Shown here: piece by piece, positions 40,455 to 49,234 of the stretch
Layout: each line of letters starts with the position of its first letter
Numbering within the stretch: position 1 is the stretch's first letter
Assembly: GCA_963790305.1 (NCBI GenBank)
Contig: CAWBOC010000009.1
Location: 192,001 to 256,000 of the forward strand
Direction of reading: 5' to 3'
From: an uncultured Gemmatimonadaceae bacterium
Lineage (GTDB): Bacteria; Gemmatimonadota; Gemmatimonadetes; Gemmatimonadales; Gemmatimonadaceae
Length of the DNA stretch: 64,000 bases
Position numbers and translations under genes: made by a program
Notes under the pieces: model-generated
Told to the model about the DNA's origin: nothing
What the model saw: the letters and a program-made list of their open reading frames with translations, nothing else
Databases searched by the model: none

Positions 40455-40547
40455 CGAGGGGCACTTTAAGCGTTACGCGTAAATACTTACGTCGCTTGAA
40501 GTTCCCCTCGTTCGCATCGACCACCTCGACAACCTCGACAGCCTCGA
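40455..40547. repeat. Intergenic hairpin followed by 9-mer tandem repeats (CCTCGACAN)
   Basis: CGAGGGG..ACTTTAAGCG / CGCTTGAAGT..CCCCTCG stem (40455-40510) with an inner CGTAA/TTACG, then cacctcgac-aacctcgac-agcctcga. Confidence 0.65.
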
Positions 40548-40586
40548 TTTTCGTGACCGGAGGGCCGCTCATTCAGTCCTCTCGGT

Positions 40587-42581
40587 ATGAGCGAGATCGT
40601 CCCACGCAGTCGGCTTCCAGTCAACGGCCAGGTCGTCACCAAGGCCACATCGTCGTTCGCCAAAACGGTGTCGACGCTGGCGGCCCTCGTCTCCGTGTTG
40701 TCGTTCGCGCGCGCGTACGGCGTGATTGGAGATGACGCAGCCCACCTCACGGTGGGAGACATCGGTGCAGTATGGGTCGGCATCGCTCCGCTTGCCGACA
40801 CGGCTGACGCGCTGAACGACACGCTGCAGCTCACGGCGACGATCAAGGACAAGAGCGGAAGCGCCCTCGTCGGCGCCTCCCTCAAGTGGATGAGCGACCA
40901 CCCCGAGATTGCCTCGGTGACGCCGAGCGGCGGGGTCGTCGCGCATGCACCGGGAACGACCACCATCACGGCGACGGTCGGTGGACTGGTCGCACGGTCA
41001 CGGATCGTCGTGCGCCCGCACGTCGCCAACGTCCGCGTCGCCGGCGACAGCGAAATCGTAATGCGCGATGGCGAGCAACGCGCGATCTCGGCGCGCGGCG
41101 TCGATCGCCGCGACTACGTGATTCCGGGCTTGTTCGCGAAATGGCGCACGACCGACAGCGCCATCGTCAGCGTCGATTCGAATGGTTTCGCGACGGCGAT
41201 CCGCCCAGGGCGAGCGATCCTCGAGGCGACCATCAGCGGCGTGCGCACACAGGCCCCGGTAACGGTGCTTCCCACCGCCTTCGCGGTGCGGGTCGCCTCC
41301 GGTGACAGTCAGCGCGCCCCCGCGCGCGCCGCACTGCCGCTCCCAATCGTCATTCGTGTCGTGTCGCGGCACGGCCTCCCGATCCCACAGGCCAAGATTC
41401 GATTTCAGCCAGCGACTGGCGAGGGATCGACCGAACCCGACACGGCTACGACGGATGCCGATGGACGCGCCAAGACGGTGTGGAGGCTTGGTCCCATTCC
41501 GGGGTCACGGCGGCTGCTGGTCATGGCCGAGGGGATAGACAGCGCGCTCATCGTGACCGCGGATGCCGAGCCCGTCGCAGCCGAGACTCGCATCGTGGCG
41601 ATAGACACGGCGCAGCTCGCGGACATCGGGGCGAAGCTTCCCCACCCTGTGGCGATTCGACTGACGGACACATTGGGACGCCCGTTGGCGGACATTCCCG
41701 TCACCTGGGTTCCGCTCGACGGGGGCTCACTTACGCCACTGGCGCCGCGAACCGACTCGCTAGGTGAAGCACGCGTCGAATGGACCCTCTCGAATCGCGC
41801 CGGCACACAACGCCTGCGAGCACAGGTCGGTACAACGCGGGCCGTCCCGCCCATCGTGCTCACCGCGACGGCAAAGGCCGGAGCTGCGTCGACCGCATGG
41901 GTCGTTGGCGGCAACACCCAGACCGGCACCGTCGGGGCGCCACTCTCCAAGAAGGTTGCAATCAAGGTGCTCGACCGCGCCGGCAATCCGGTGCCGAGTG
42001 CCGTGGTGTACTTTGCGCCCGTGCGAGGCTCCGTGGGCGACTCGGCGATCATGGCCGACACGAGTGGCATCGCGCGCGCGGTCTGGACGCTCGACCGCGA
42101 GCCAGGCCCGCACTCGATGTCCGTGCGCGTGGAAGGCGTTCCCCGCCCAGTCATCGTGAACGCGACGGCCCGGTCTGGGGCAGCATCAGCCATCGATCTC
42201 ACGCCGAAGCAGGCGGTGGGAACGCCCGGCAAGCTCCTTGGCGACGGTGTCGAAGCCCGCGTCACCGACGAGTTCGGCAACCCGGTGAAGGGCGCCACCG
42301 TGACCTTCAAGGCGAGCGCCGGAGCGCTCTCGCCGGCGCGCGTCGTCACCGACGACAAGGGCCGCGCCCGCACACGATGGACGCTCGGCCGCGATGCCGT
42401 CGAGCAATCGCTGGTCGCGCGCGTGACCGGGAGCGGCGCCAGCGCGACGCTGGCCGCGCGCGTGTCGATTCCGTCGAAGGCCGGCACGTCATTGACCACA
42501 AAGAAGCCCGCGACCACCGGAAAGACTCCGGCCAAAACGCCGGTCCGCTCGAGCGCCAAGCCGACGAAGCGCTCGCGCTAG
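40587..42581 (+). CDS. Ig-like domain (Big_1/Big_2) repeat protein
   Basis: IASVTPSGGVVAHAPGTTTITAT, repeated (T)D.GNPV.GA.V.F and TD..G.A...WTL invasin-type repeats, Lys/Thr-rich tail. Confidence 0.85.
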   Translation: MSEIVPRSRLPVNGQVVTKATSSFAKTVSTLAALVSVLSFARAYGVIGDDAAHLTVGDIGAVWVGIAPLADTADALNDTLQLTATIKDKSGSALVGASLKWMSDHPEIASVTPSGGVVAHAPGTTTITATVGGLVARSRIVVRPHVANVRVAGDSEIVMRDGEQRAISARGVDRRDYVIPGLFAKWRTTDSAIVSVDSNGFATAIRPGRAILEATISGVRTQAPVTVLPTAFAVRVASGDSQRAPARAALPLPIVIRVVSRHGLPIPQAKIRFQPATGEGSTEPDTATTDADGRAKTVWRLGPIPGSRRLLVMAEGIDSALIVTADAEPVAAETRIVAIDTAQLADIGAKLPHPVAIRLTDTLGRPLADIPVTWVPLDGGSLTPLAPRTDSLGEARVEWTLSNRAGTQRLRAQVGTTRAVPPIVLTATAKAGAASTAWVVGGNTQTGTVGAPLSKKVAIKVLDRAGNPVPSAVVYFAPVRGSVGDSAIMADTSGIARAVWTLDREPGPHSMSVRVEGVPRPVIVNATARSGAASAIDLTPKQAVGTPGKLLGDGVEARVTDEFGNPVKGATVTFKASAGALSPARVVTDDKGRARTRWTLGRDAVEQSLVARVTGSGASATLAARVSIPSKAGTSLTTKKPATTGKTPAKTPVRSSAKPTKRSR

Positions 42582-42623
42582 AGCGGCTCGCCAAGCTCCC
42601 CGGTCGTGCTCCGAACTCGGCCG

Positions 42624-43829
42624 TTACCGGTACGTCGGATCCAGCTCCGCAAGCTGCGCGCGGATCGACGACCACGCATTCTGGATCTGCGACGACGCCC
42701 GTGCCCGCTGAAGGGCACCATCCACCCGCTTGGCCGCGCCGACCAGCGCCTTACCTGCCAGTGCAGAGCCCTCGATGTTGCCGGAAACACGCACGAGTTG
42801 CTCATACAGCGAGGCATTGTCGGCGAACGCGGAGAGCGCGAACCACAGGTCGACATCGCCCTCCGCGTATGCCCGGCGCGCATCGAGGCGACCGCTCGCG
42901 GAGATCGCCAGGTCCTGACGGTGGCGGCCCACTAAACTCTGGGCACCACGCCGCAGAAGCGATGCCTCCTCCGGCGAGAGAGTCGCGGCATTCGCTGCAT
43001 CCGCCGTCGCTGAGAGACCGAGCGCCTGCGCGGTCCGGCCGTCGAGATTACCGGTCGCAATGATGCCTTTGTCGATCTGGAACTCGAACAGCGCGCGCTG
43101 CGTGGCGTCGTCGAGCTGCCCGTTGATCGAACCGCGATAATAGTTCTGCTGCGCGAGTACCTGCTGAGCGGCGCGAATTCGGTCCGCAGCCGTGTAGATC
43201 GTGAACGCATCGGGCGCCCGTGCGGCCCCGCGGCGACTCAGGACCAGGCCCTGTTCGAGCTGAACCGCGAGCGGGGTGCCCGCCGGCACCCGAACGTCGC
43301 GTGCCTCCGACAGCAGATTGCCCAGTGCAGCCATGATTCCCGACGTGGGACTCCTCTCAGATCCGGCTCCCGCGATTGCCGCCCCCACCCCACCACGTCC
43401 CCCGACCAGCACGACGCGGGCGTTGGGATCCGATTCTATCTGGCGCCGCTCGGCGGCGTCGGTGCTCGTCAACTTTCCGCTCAAGTTGTACGCCTTGCCG
43501 TCGGGCAAGCTCAGCCGATCGAAATTGACCTCGATGACGCCCGACCGCTGCCGATCAGCTGCCTGGGCGAAAGTGACAACTCCCCGGATCCGGCTACCCG
43601 ACGGAATGACGGTGTAGTTGTCCACACGTACGGTATCGGCCACGACCGTCTCGAAGGTCTGACCAACCTTCGCGGTCGCGGACTCGAGCGCGCTCGAGGT
43701 GCGAACGATAATGACGCTACCCTCTGGCAGTACGAGTCGCGTCTGCGCAGCGAGTCCCGACACGGAGAGGAGCGTGAAGCTGAGGGCCCACACGCCGCGT
43801 TCTGAGAACTTCGTTCGACGGGATCTCAT
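42624..43829 (-). CDS. Secreted protein with a TrbI-like beta domain and a peptidoglycan-binding domain
   Basis: Signal peptide; LPEGSVIIVRT…LESATAKVGQTF…IPSGSRIRGVV; PG_binding_1-like IRAAQQVL…YRGSINGQLDDATQRALFEFQ…TGNLDGRTAQALG. Confidence 0.75.
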   Translation of the reverse strand: MRSRRTKFSERGVWALSFTLLSVSGLAAQTRLVLPEGSVIIVRTSSALESATAKVGQTFETVVADTVRVDNYTVIPSGSRIRGVVTFAQAADRQRSGVIEVNFDRLSLPDGKAYNLSGKLTSTDAAERRQIESDPNARVVLVGGRGGVGAAIAGAGSERSPTSGIMAALGNLLSEARDVRVPAGTPLAVQLEQGLVLSRRGAARAPDAFTIYTAADRIRAAQQVLAQQNYYRGSINGQLDDATQRALFEFQIDKGIIATGNLDGRTAQALGLSATADAANAATLSPEEASLLRRGAQSLVGRHRQDLAISASGRLDARRAYAEGDVDLWFALSAFADNASLYEQLVRVSGNIEGSALAGKALVGAAKRVDGALQRARASSQIQNAWSSIRAQLAELDPTYR

Positions 43830-43949
43830 GGTTGACACCCCTTCTAAATGAGCATGATAACGCCGGCCCGTTCACGACATCGGTTAGCACGGATCGTTCC
43901 GCCTCGCTCTCTGGCGGTTGGACTATCTCCGCTTCCGAGCGGTGACGGC

Positions 43950-44414
43950 GTGGCCCTGACACTCTGGATCGACGCCGACGCGGCCCCACGAGACGTGAAG
44001 GACATCTGCGTCCGAGCCTCTGGACGCCTCATGCTCGCGACGGTCCTTGTGGCCAATCAGCGTCTGCAACTCCCGCCAGGGTATCCACATCTGTCGGCCG
44101 TTCGGGTCGACGGCGGACCGGACGCGGCCGACCGCTACATCGCGGAGCACGCTGCCGCAGGTGATGTTGCCGTCACGGCGGACATCCCGCTGGCCGCAGT
44201 CCTGGTACCCAAAGGAGTCGTCGTCCTCGACCCGCGCGGTGAGGAGTACACGATGGAGAGCATTGGGGAGCGCCTGTCGGTTCGAAACTTCATGGACGGA
44301 CTCCGAGGGGCCGGCGTCGAGACCGGGGGCCACGTCGCCTACGGCTCGCGCGAGAAGCAGGCGTTCGCGAATGCGCTCGACCGGGCGCTCACGCGCGCGA
44401 TACAGCGGCGCTGA
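43950..44414 (+). CDS. YaiI/YqxD family (DUF188) protein
   Basis: WIDADAAP, DAADRYI, VTADIPLAA, LDPRGEEY, FANALDR. Confidence 0.88.
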   Translation: MALTLWIDADAAPRDVKDICVRASGRLMLATVLVANQRLQLPPGYPHLSAVRVDGGPDAADRYIAEHAAAGDVAVTADIPLAAVLVPKGVVVLDPRGEEYTMESIGERLSVRNFMDGLRGAGVETGGHVAYGSREKQAFANALDRALTRAIQRR

Positions 44415-44493
44415 CTTCCGTGCCCGCGAGCGCCGGCAGGCCCGCGCGCAAGACCTTGTGACACGATTCGTGGGCGCTGATCGTTGACGGACG

Positions 44494-45735
44494 ATGCGCT
44501 ACGCGGACGTCATCACGGTTGCGCTCAGCCAGCTGCGCGCGAATGCGCTGAGGTCGTTCTTCACGACCCTGGGCATCGTCGTCTCGGTCGCGTTTCTCGT
44601 GGCGGTGGTCGCGATCATTCAGGGGATGAACGCGTACGTGCGGGAGAACATCGCTGACGCGATCATTGGCGCCAATGCGTTTCAGGTCCGGCGCGTCCCC
44701 ATTCGCGTCGGCTTCTTCGACGATGAGGAATGGAAGCGCATCCAGCGGCGGCCGCGTGTGACCGCCGACGACGCGCGCAACGTCGCGGCGGCGATTCCGA
44801 ACGCCGTCGCCGTCGGGATGACCTCTGGGTGGCCGACACCGCAGGCGGATGTCGAGTGGCGCGACCGCACCGTCGGTGACGTGCTCGTCTTCGGGGTGAC
44901 GCCGCCCTATCAGGTGGTGCAGGATTATCGCTTCGCGTCCGGCCGCCCGCTCACCGAGATCGACGTGCGTGAGCGCCGGCCAGTGGTCGTGCTCGGCTGG
45001 GACATCGCCGATCGCCTGTTCGAGGGCGCGGACCCGATCGGCCGCCACGTGCGCATCATCGGCCAACGGTTCGAGGTGATCGGGGTGGTCGAGAAAAAGG
45101 GACGCGTACTCGGCCAATCGTTCGACGGCTTCGTCATGCTTCCGCTGAGCGCGTTCGAAAGCCTGTACGGGCGCCGGCAGACGACCACGATCTCGGTGAA
45201 GATGGGCGAAGCCGCGGACGTCGCCGGCGGCATGCGACGCGCTGAAGAGGCAATGCGTATCGCGCACGGGCTGCGGCCCGGGGAGGACAACGACTTCTCC
45301 GTCGAGACGGCCGACGCGCTGGTCGACTTCTGGAAGCGCCTGACGCGGGTGTTGTTCAGCGCGATCCCGGCCGTCGTCGCGATCGGTATCGTCGTCGGTG
45401 GCATCGTCATCATGAACATCATGTTGATGGCGGTGAACGAGCGCACCCGCGAGATCGGCATTCGGAAATCGGTGGGCGCGCGTGCGCGCGATATTCGTCG
45501 CCAGTTTCTCGCTGAGGCCGTGGCGCTCGCCACGCTGGGAGGTATTGGCGGTGTCGGTGCGGGATGGGCATTCGCGCAGCTCGTCGCGGCCGTGTCGCCG
45601 CTTCCTGCTCGAGTGACGCTCTGGTCCGTGGTGCTCGCGCTGGCGCTCGGCGCAGGGGTCGGTGTGCTGTTCGGCGTCTACCCCGCCTCACGAGCAGCGC
45701 GACTCAACCCCATCGCCGCGCTGCGAGCGGAATGA
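44494..45735 (+). CDS. ABC transporter permease (MacB/FtsX family)
   Basis: [56 protein letters not shown]. Confidence 0.92.
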   Translation: MRYADVITVALSQLRANALRSFFTTLGIVVSVAFLVAVVAIIQGMNAYVRENIADAIIGANAFQVRRVPIRVGFFDDEEWKRIQRRPRVTADDARNVAAAIPNAVAVGMTSGWPTPQADVEWRDRTVGDVLVFGVTPPYQVVQDYRFASGRPLTEIDVRERRPVVVLGWDIADRLFEGADPIGRHVRIIGQRFEVIGVVEKKGRVLGQSFDGFVMLPLSAFESLYGRRQTTTISVKMGEAADVAGGMRRAEEAMRIAHGLRPGEDNDFSVETADALVDFWKRLTRVLFSAIPAVVAIGIVVGGIVIMNIMLMAVNERTREIGIRKSVGARARDIRRQFLAEAVALATLGGIGGVGAGWAFAQLVAAVSPLPARVTLWSVVLALALGAGVGVLFGVYPASRAARLNPIAALRAE

Positions 45736-47003
45736 GTCCTGTCCTCAAGGCCCTGCGCGCCGTTCGCGCGGACACGCTGGCCGAGAACATCGGCATCGCG
45801 CTCGACACTTTGCGCGCCAACAAGCTGCGATCGGGTCTCACGGTGCTGGGCGTTGTCATTGGCGTATCGACGGTGATGGCGATGGCGGCCATCGTGCAGG
45901 GCATCCGCGAGCAGATCGTGCACACGATCGAGATCGCCGGGCCGACGACGTTCTACGTGATCAAATACTTCTCGCAGACGCCGCTCAATCCGGACCAGTT
46001 GCCCAAGGAAGTTCGCGTTCGGCCCGATCTCAACGCGAGGGATGCCGAGCGAATCGCGCAGCTGCCGGAGGTGGATTACAGCGCGGTCTGGGCCCAGCTG
46101 TTCGGGCGCCTCGAGTATCGCGGTGCCCGCACGCAGATGATCACCTTCTTCGGCGCGGACGAGCGGTACCAGGAGGTCCAGGGCGGCGAGCTCGTCGACG
46201 GACGGTGGTTCACCTCGGCCGAGCTCGCCAGTGGCGCTGCCGTGGTCGTGCTCGACGAAGGGATGGCCCGCCGGATCTTCGGCTACGTGAACCCGTTAGG
46301 CGAGCGCGTGCAGGTCTCGGGACGGCCGGCTCGCGTGATCGGGCTCTACGTGCCTCCCGAGAATATCTTCGCGCCTCCCGGACAGGAGATCGGCGCGATC
46401 ATCCCGTTTCGGATGGCGGACCAGCAGTACACGATCGACAAGACCAACGCCCTGTGGATCGTGGTGAAACCCCGCCCCGGAGTGACGGTCGCGGAAGCGC
46501 AGGACGCCGTCACGGTGGCGTTGCGCAACATGCGCAAGCTGCGGCCTGGCGATCCAAACACGTTCGACCTGATCACGCAGGACCAGATCCTCGATACGTT
46601 CAACAAGATCACCGGTGTGTTCTTTCTGGTGATGATCGTGCTCTCGAGCGTCGCCCTGCTGGTGGGCGGCATTGGCGTCATGGCGATCATGATGGTGTCG
46701 GTCACCGATCGCACGCGTGAGATCGGCGTTCGCAAGGCGTTGGGCGCCACGCGACGCGACATCCTCGTGCAATTCCTCATCGAGGCCGCGACGCTCACCG
46801 GCATTGGCGGCGCCATCGGCATCGCGTTCGGCCTGATGTTCGGTACCCTCATCACGCGCGTCATGGACATCCAGGCCGGCGTTCCGATGTGGTCCGCGGC
46901 GATCGCTGCCGCCGTGTCGATCGCGATCGGCATTGTCTTCGGCCTGCTTCCCGCCAACCGCGCGGCGCGTCTGGAGCCAGTGGAGGCGCTGAGGTACGAG
47001 TAA
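45732..47003 (+). CDS. ABC transporter permease (MacB/FtsX family)
   Basis: LRANKLRSGLTVLGVVIGV, VTDRTREIGVRKALGA, AARLEPVEALRYE. ATG overlaps the upstream stop. Confidence 0.92.
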   Translation: MSPVLKALRAVRADTLAENIGIALDTLRANKLRSGLTVLGVVIGVSTVMAMAAIVQGIREQIVHTIEIAGPTTFYVIKYFSQTPLNPDQLPKEVRVRPDLNARDAERIAQLPEVDYSAVWAQLFGRLEYRGARTQMITFFGADERYQEVQGGELVDGRWFTSAELASGAAVVVLDEGMARRIFGYVNPLGERVQVSGRPARVIGLYVPPENIFAPPGQEIGAIIPFRMADQQYTIDKTNALWIVVKPRPGVTVAEAQDAVTVALRNMRKLRPGDPNTFDLITQDQILDTFNKITGVFFLVMIVLSSVALLVGGIGVMAIMMVSVTDRTREIGVRKALGATRRDILVQFLIEAATLTGIGGAIGIAFGLMFGTLITRVMDIQAGVPMWSAAIAAAVSIAIGIVFGLLPANRAARLEPVEALRYE

Positions 47004-47090
47004 GGGCGACTACGGAATGCGGAATGCGGAAGTCCGTGATGGAGCGACCTTACGAACTTCCGCATTCCGCATTCCGTATTCGGCCCCTTA
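47001..47090. repeat. Inverted tandem 7-mer repeat hairpin (GGAATGC against GCATTCC)
   Basis: Perfect 23-bp arms TACGGAATGCGGAATGCGGAAGT (47011-47033) and ACTTCCGCATTCCGCATTCCGTA (47056-47078), with outer TAAGGG/CCCTTA. Confidence 0.9.
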
Positions 47091-47102
47091 TCTTCCCTCC
47101 CC

Positions 47103-47819
47103 ATGTCGGTCGACATTCTCGCCATCGCCGCGCACCGGGATGACGTCGAGCTCACCTGTGGCGGGACGCTGCTGGCGGCGGCGGCGCGCGGGCGACGTAC
47201 GGCGATCATCGATCTCACCGGGGGGGAAGCCGGCACGCGGGGCTCGGCGGAGCTGCGCGCGAAGGAGGCGGAGCGCGCAGCGCACGTACTCGGCGTCACC
47301 GCACGCGAGAACCTCGGATTCCCCGATGCCGCGTTGGTGAATACACCGGACTCGCGCGCGAAGGTTGCCGTCGCGATCCGGCGCTTTCGTCCGCGCGTCG
47401 TCATTGCGCCGGCCTCGTATGGGCGGCATCCCGATCATCGCATTGCCGCCGAGCTCGTGCGTGACGCGTGCTTCATCGCGGGATTGGCCAAGGTGGAGCC
47501 GGGCGTTCCCGCGCATCGACCGTTCAAGATCGTGCATTCCCTCACCTATCGTGAGGATCCGGTGAAGCCGACGTTCATCGTCGATATCAGCGAAGTCTTC
47601 GAGCGAAAGCTGGAGGCGATCCGATGCTACGCCTCGCAGTTCGACGGCGTCACGCAAGCGGGCGAAGTGTACCCCAACGGCGATCCCCTGCTCGACATCG
47701 TTCGGCATCAGGCGGCGCACTACGGATCGCAGATTCGCACCCGGTACGGAGAACCGTTCTTCACCCACGAAACGATGCGCGTCGACGACATCGCGGCGCT
47801 CGAGGTGTCGACATTTTGA
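47103..47819 (+). CDS. bshB1: Bacillithiol biosynthesis deacetylase (PIG-L family)
   Basis: DILAIAAHRDDVELTCGGTL, DLTGGEAGTRGS, RENLGFPD, RHPDH, CYASQF. Confidence 0.85.
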   Translation: MSVDILAIAAHRDDVELTCGGTLLAAAARGRRTAIIDLTGGEAGTRGSAELRAKEAERAAHVLGVTARENLGFPDAALVNTPDSRAKVAVAIRRFRPRVVIAPASYGRHPDHRIAAELVRDACFIAGLAKVEPGVPAHRPFKIVHSLTYREDPVKPTFIVDISEVFERKLEAIRCYASQFDGVTQAGEVYPNGDPLLDIVRHQAAHYGSQIRTRYGEPFFTHETMRVDDIAALEVSTF

Positions 47820-48598
47820 GCGACCATTCCGCGCCCGCCGGCGGCGGGGAGATCACGTACCCCTCGTATCTCGCTCTCGACGAGCTCCTCACGCTGCAGC
47901 GTCCACGCTCGACCCCCGAGCACCCTGATGAGCTGCTCTTCATCGTCGTCCATCAGGCGAGCGAGCTCTGGTTCAAGGTATTGTTGCACGAGCTCGAAGC
48001 GCTGGTGACACAGCTTCAGCGCGGTGACGTTCTCGCCAGCGTGTTCGCCCTCAAGCGCATCAACGCGCTCATGAGCATCGTCACGGCGCAGCTTTCGGCC
48101 CTCGACACCCTGCCGCCGCATCGGTTCGCCGAGTTTCGTGGATACCTCGGCTCCTCCAGTGGATCGCAGAGCGCGCAGTTCCGCGCGCTCGAGGCCGCGT
48201 CGGGACTGCGGGAGCCGCACTTCCTCGCCGCACTCGAGGAGCATGGCGATCCGCCGGCGCTGGTGAAGGAATGGCTCGCGCGTCCGACGCTCCAGCAGCT
48301 GTTCGATGACTTGCTCGATCGACACCACGTGACGCTCGAAGCGGTGTATCAGGACCCTGCGCAGTCACCGCTGCTGATGCTGGCCGAGAGCCTGCTCGAG
48401 TACGAGCAGTCGTTCGCGCTGTGGCGGTATCTGCACGTTCAGCTGGTCGAGCGCATCATCGGTCCCCTCACCGGAGGCACGGGGGGCACGCTTGGCGCAA
48501 AGTACCTCCAGCGGACCGTGTCGCAGCGATTCTTCCCCAAGCTGTGGGAAGTGCGTGCACGATTCTTCGGATCGGATGCAGGGGCGTCGTCGCGGTGA
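47816..48598 (+). CDS. kynA: Tryptophan 2,3-dioxygenase
   Basis: YPSYLALDELL.LQ, HPDELLFIVVHQASELWFK, SSGSQSAQFR, VERIIG…GTGGT. TTG start overlaps the bshB1 stop. Confidence 0.92.
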   Translation: MSDHSAPAGGGEITYPSYLALDELLTLQRPRSTPEHPDELLFIVVHQASELWFKVLLHELEALVTQLQRGDVLASVFALKRINALMSIVTAQLSALDTLPPHRFAEFRGYLGSSSGSQSAQFRALEAASGLREPHFLAALEEHGDPPALVKEWLARPTLQQLFDDLLDRHHVTLEAVYQDPAQSPLLMLAESLLEYEQSFALWRYLHVQLVERIIGPLTGGTGGTLGAKYLQRTVSQRFFPKLWEVRARFFGSDAGASSR

Positions 48599-49224
48599 AG
48601 GAGCTGGACATCTCGATTCCGATGGGCACGCGAACCCCCGAGTGGCCGGGGGACAAGCCGTTCTCGTGCGGGTGGACGATGACGCTCGCGAAAGGCGGCA
48701 GCGTGAATCTCTCCGCCATCACGACGAGCCCGCACGTCGGCACGCACGCCGACGCGCCGCTTCACGTGCACGACGGGTGGCCAGCCTCGCACGAGCTGCC
48801 CTTGAACGTGTTTGCGGGACCCGCGTTCGTGTGCTCCGTCGATCCATCGATCGACACCGTCGAGCCGGGTGATCTGACATCGCTGCCATCCCGGGGCGCG
48901 GTCGAGCGTCTGCTGCTGCGCACCCAGTGCGGCGTCGCCGGCGGAGCATTTCCGAGCCGATGGCCGGTGTTGTCGGTAGACACTGTGCGCATGCTGCTCG
49001 CGCGCGGCCTCGTACTGTTAGGCGTCGACACGCCGTCCCTCGATGGCCTCGACAGCAAGACGCTGGACGTGCACAAGGCGGTCTTCAGCGGCGGCGCGTT
49101 CAATCTGGAAAATCTCGATCTGCGATCCATCGAGGATGGGGAGTACGAGCTCGTCGCCTACCCACTGCTGCTGTCGGATCTGGACGCAGCGCCGGTGCGG
49201 GCGATTCTCAAGGAGAAGCGATGA
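48595..49224 (+). CDS. kynB: Kynurenine formamidase (cyclase family)
   Basis: WPGD, HVGTHADAPLH metal motif, GVDTPSLD, LENLDL, DAAPVRAIL. Confidence 0.88.
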   Translation: MKELDISIPMGTRTPEWPGDKPFSCGWTMTLAKGGSVNLSAITTSPHVGTHADAPLHVHDGWPASHELPLNVFAGPAFVCSVDPSIDTVEPGDLTSLPSRGAVERLLLRTQCGVAGGAFPSRWPVLSVDTVRMLLARGLVLLGVDTPSLDGLDSKTLDVHKAVFSGGAFNLENLDLRSIEDGEYELVAYPLLLSDLDAAPVRAILKEKR

Positions 49225-49234
49225 GGAACGAGCA

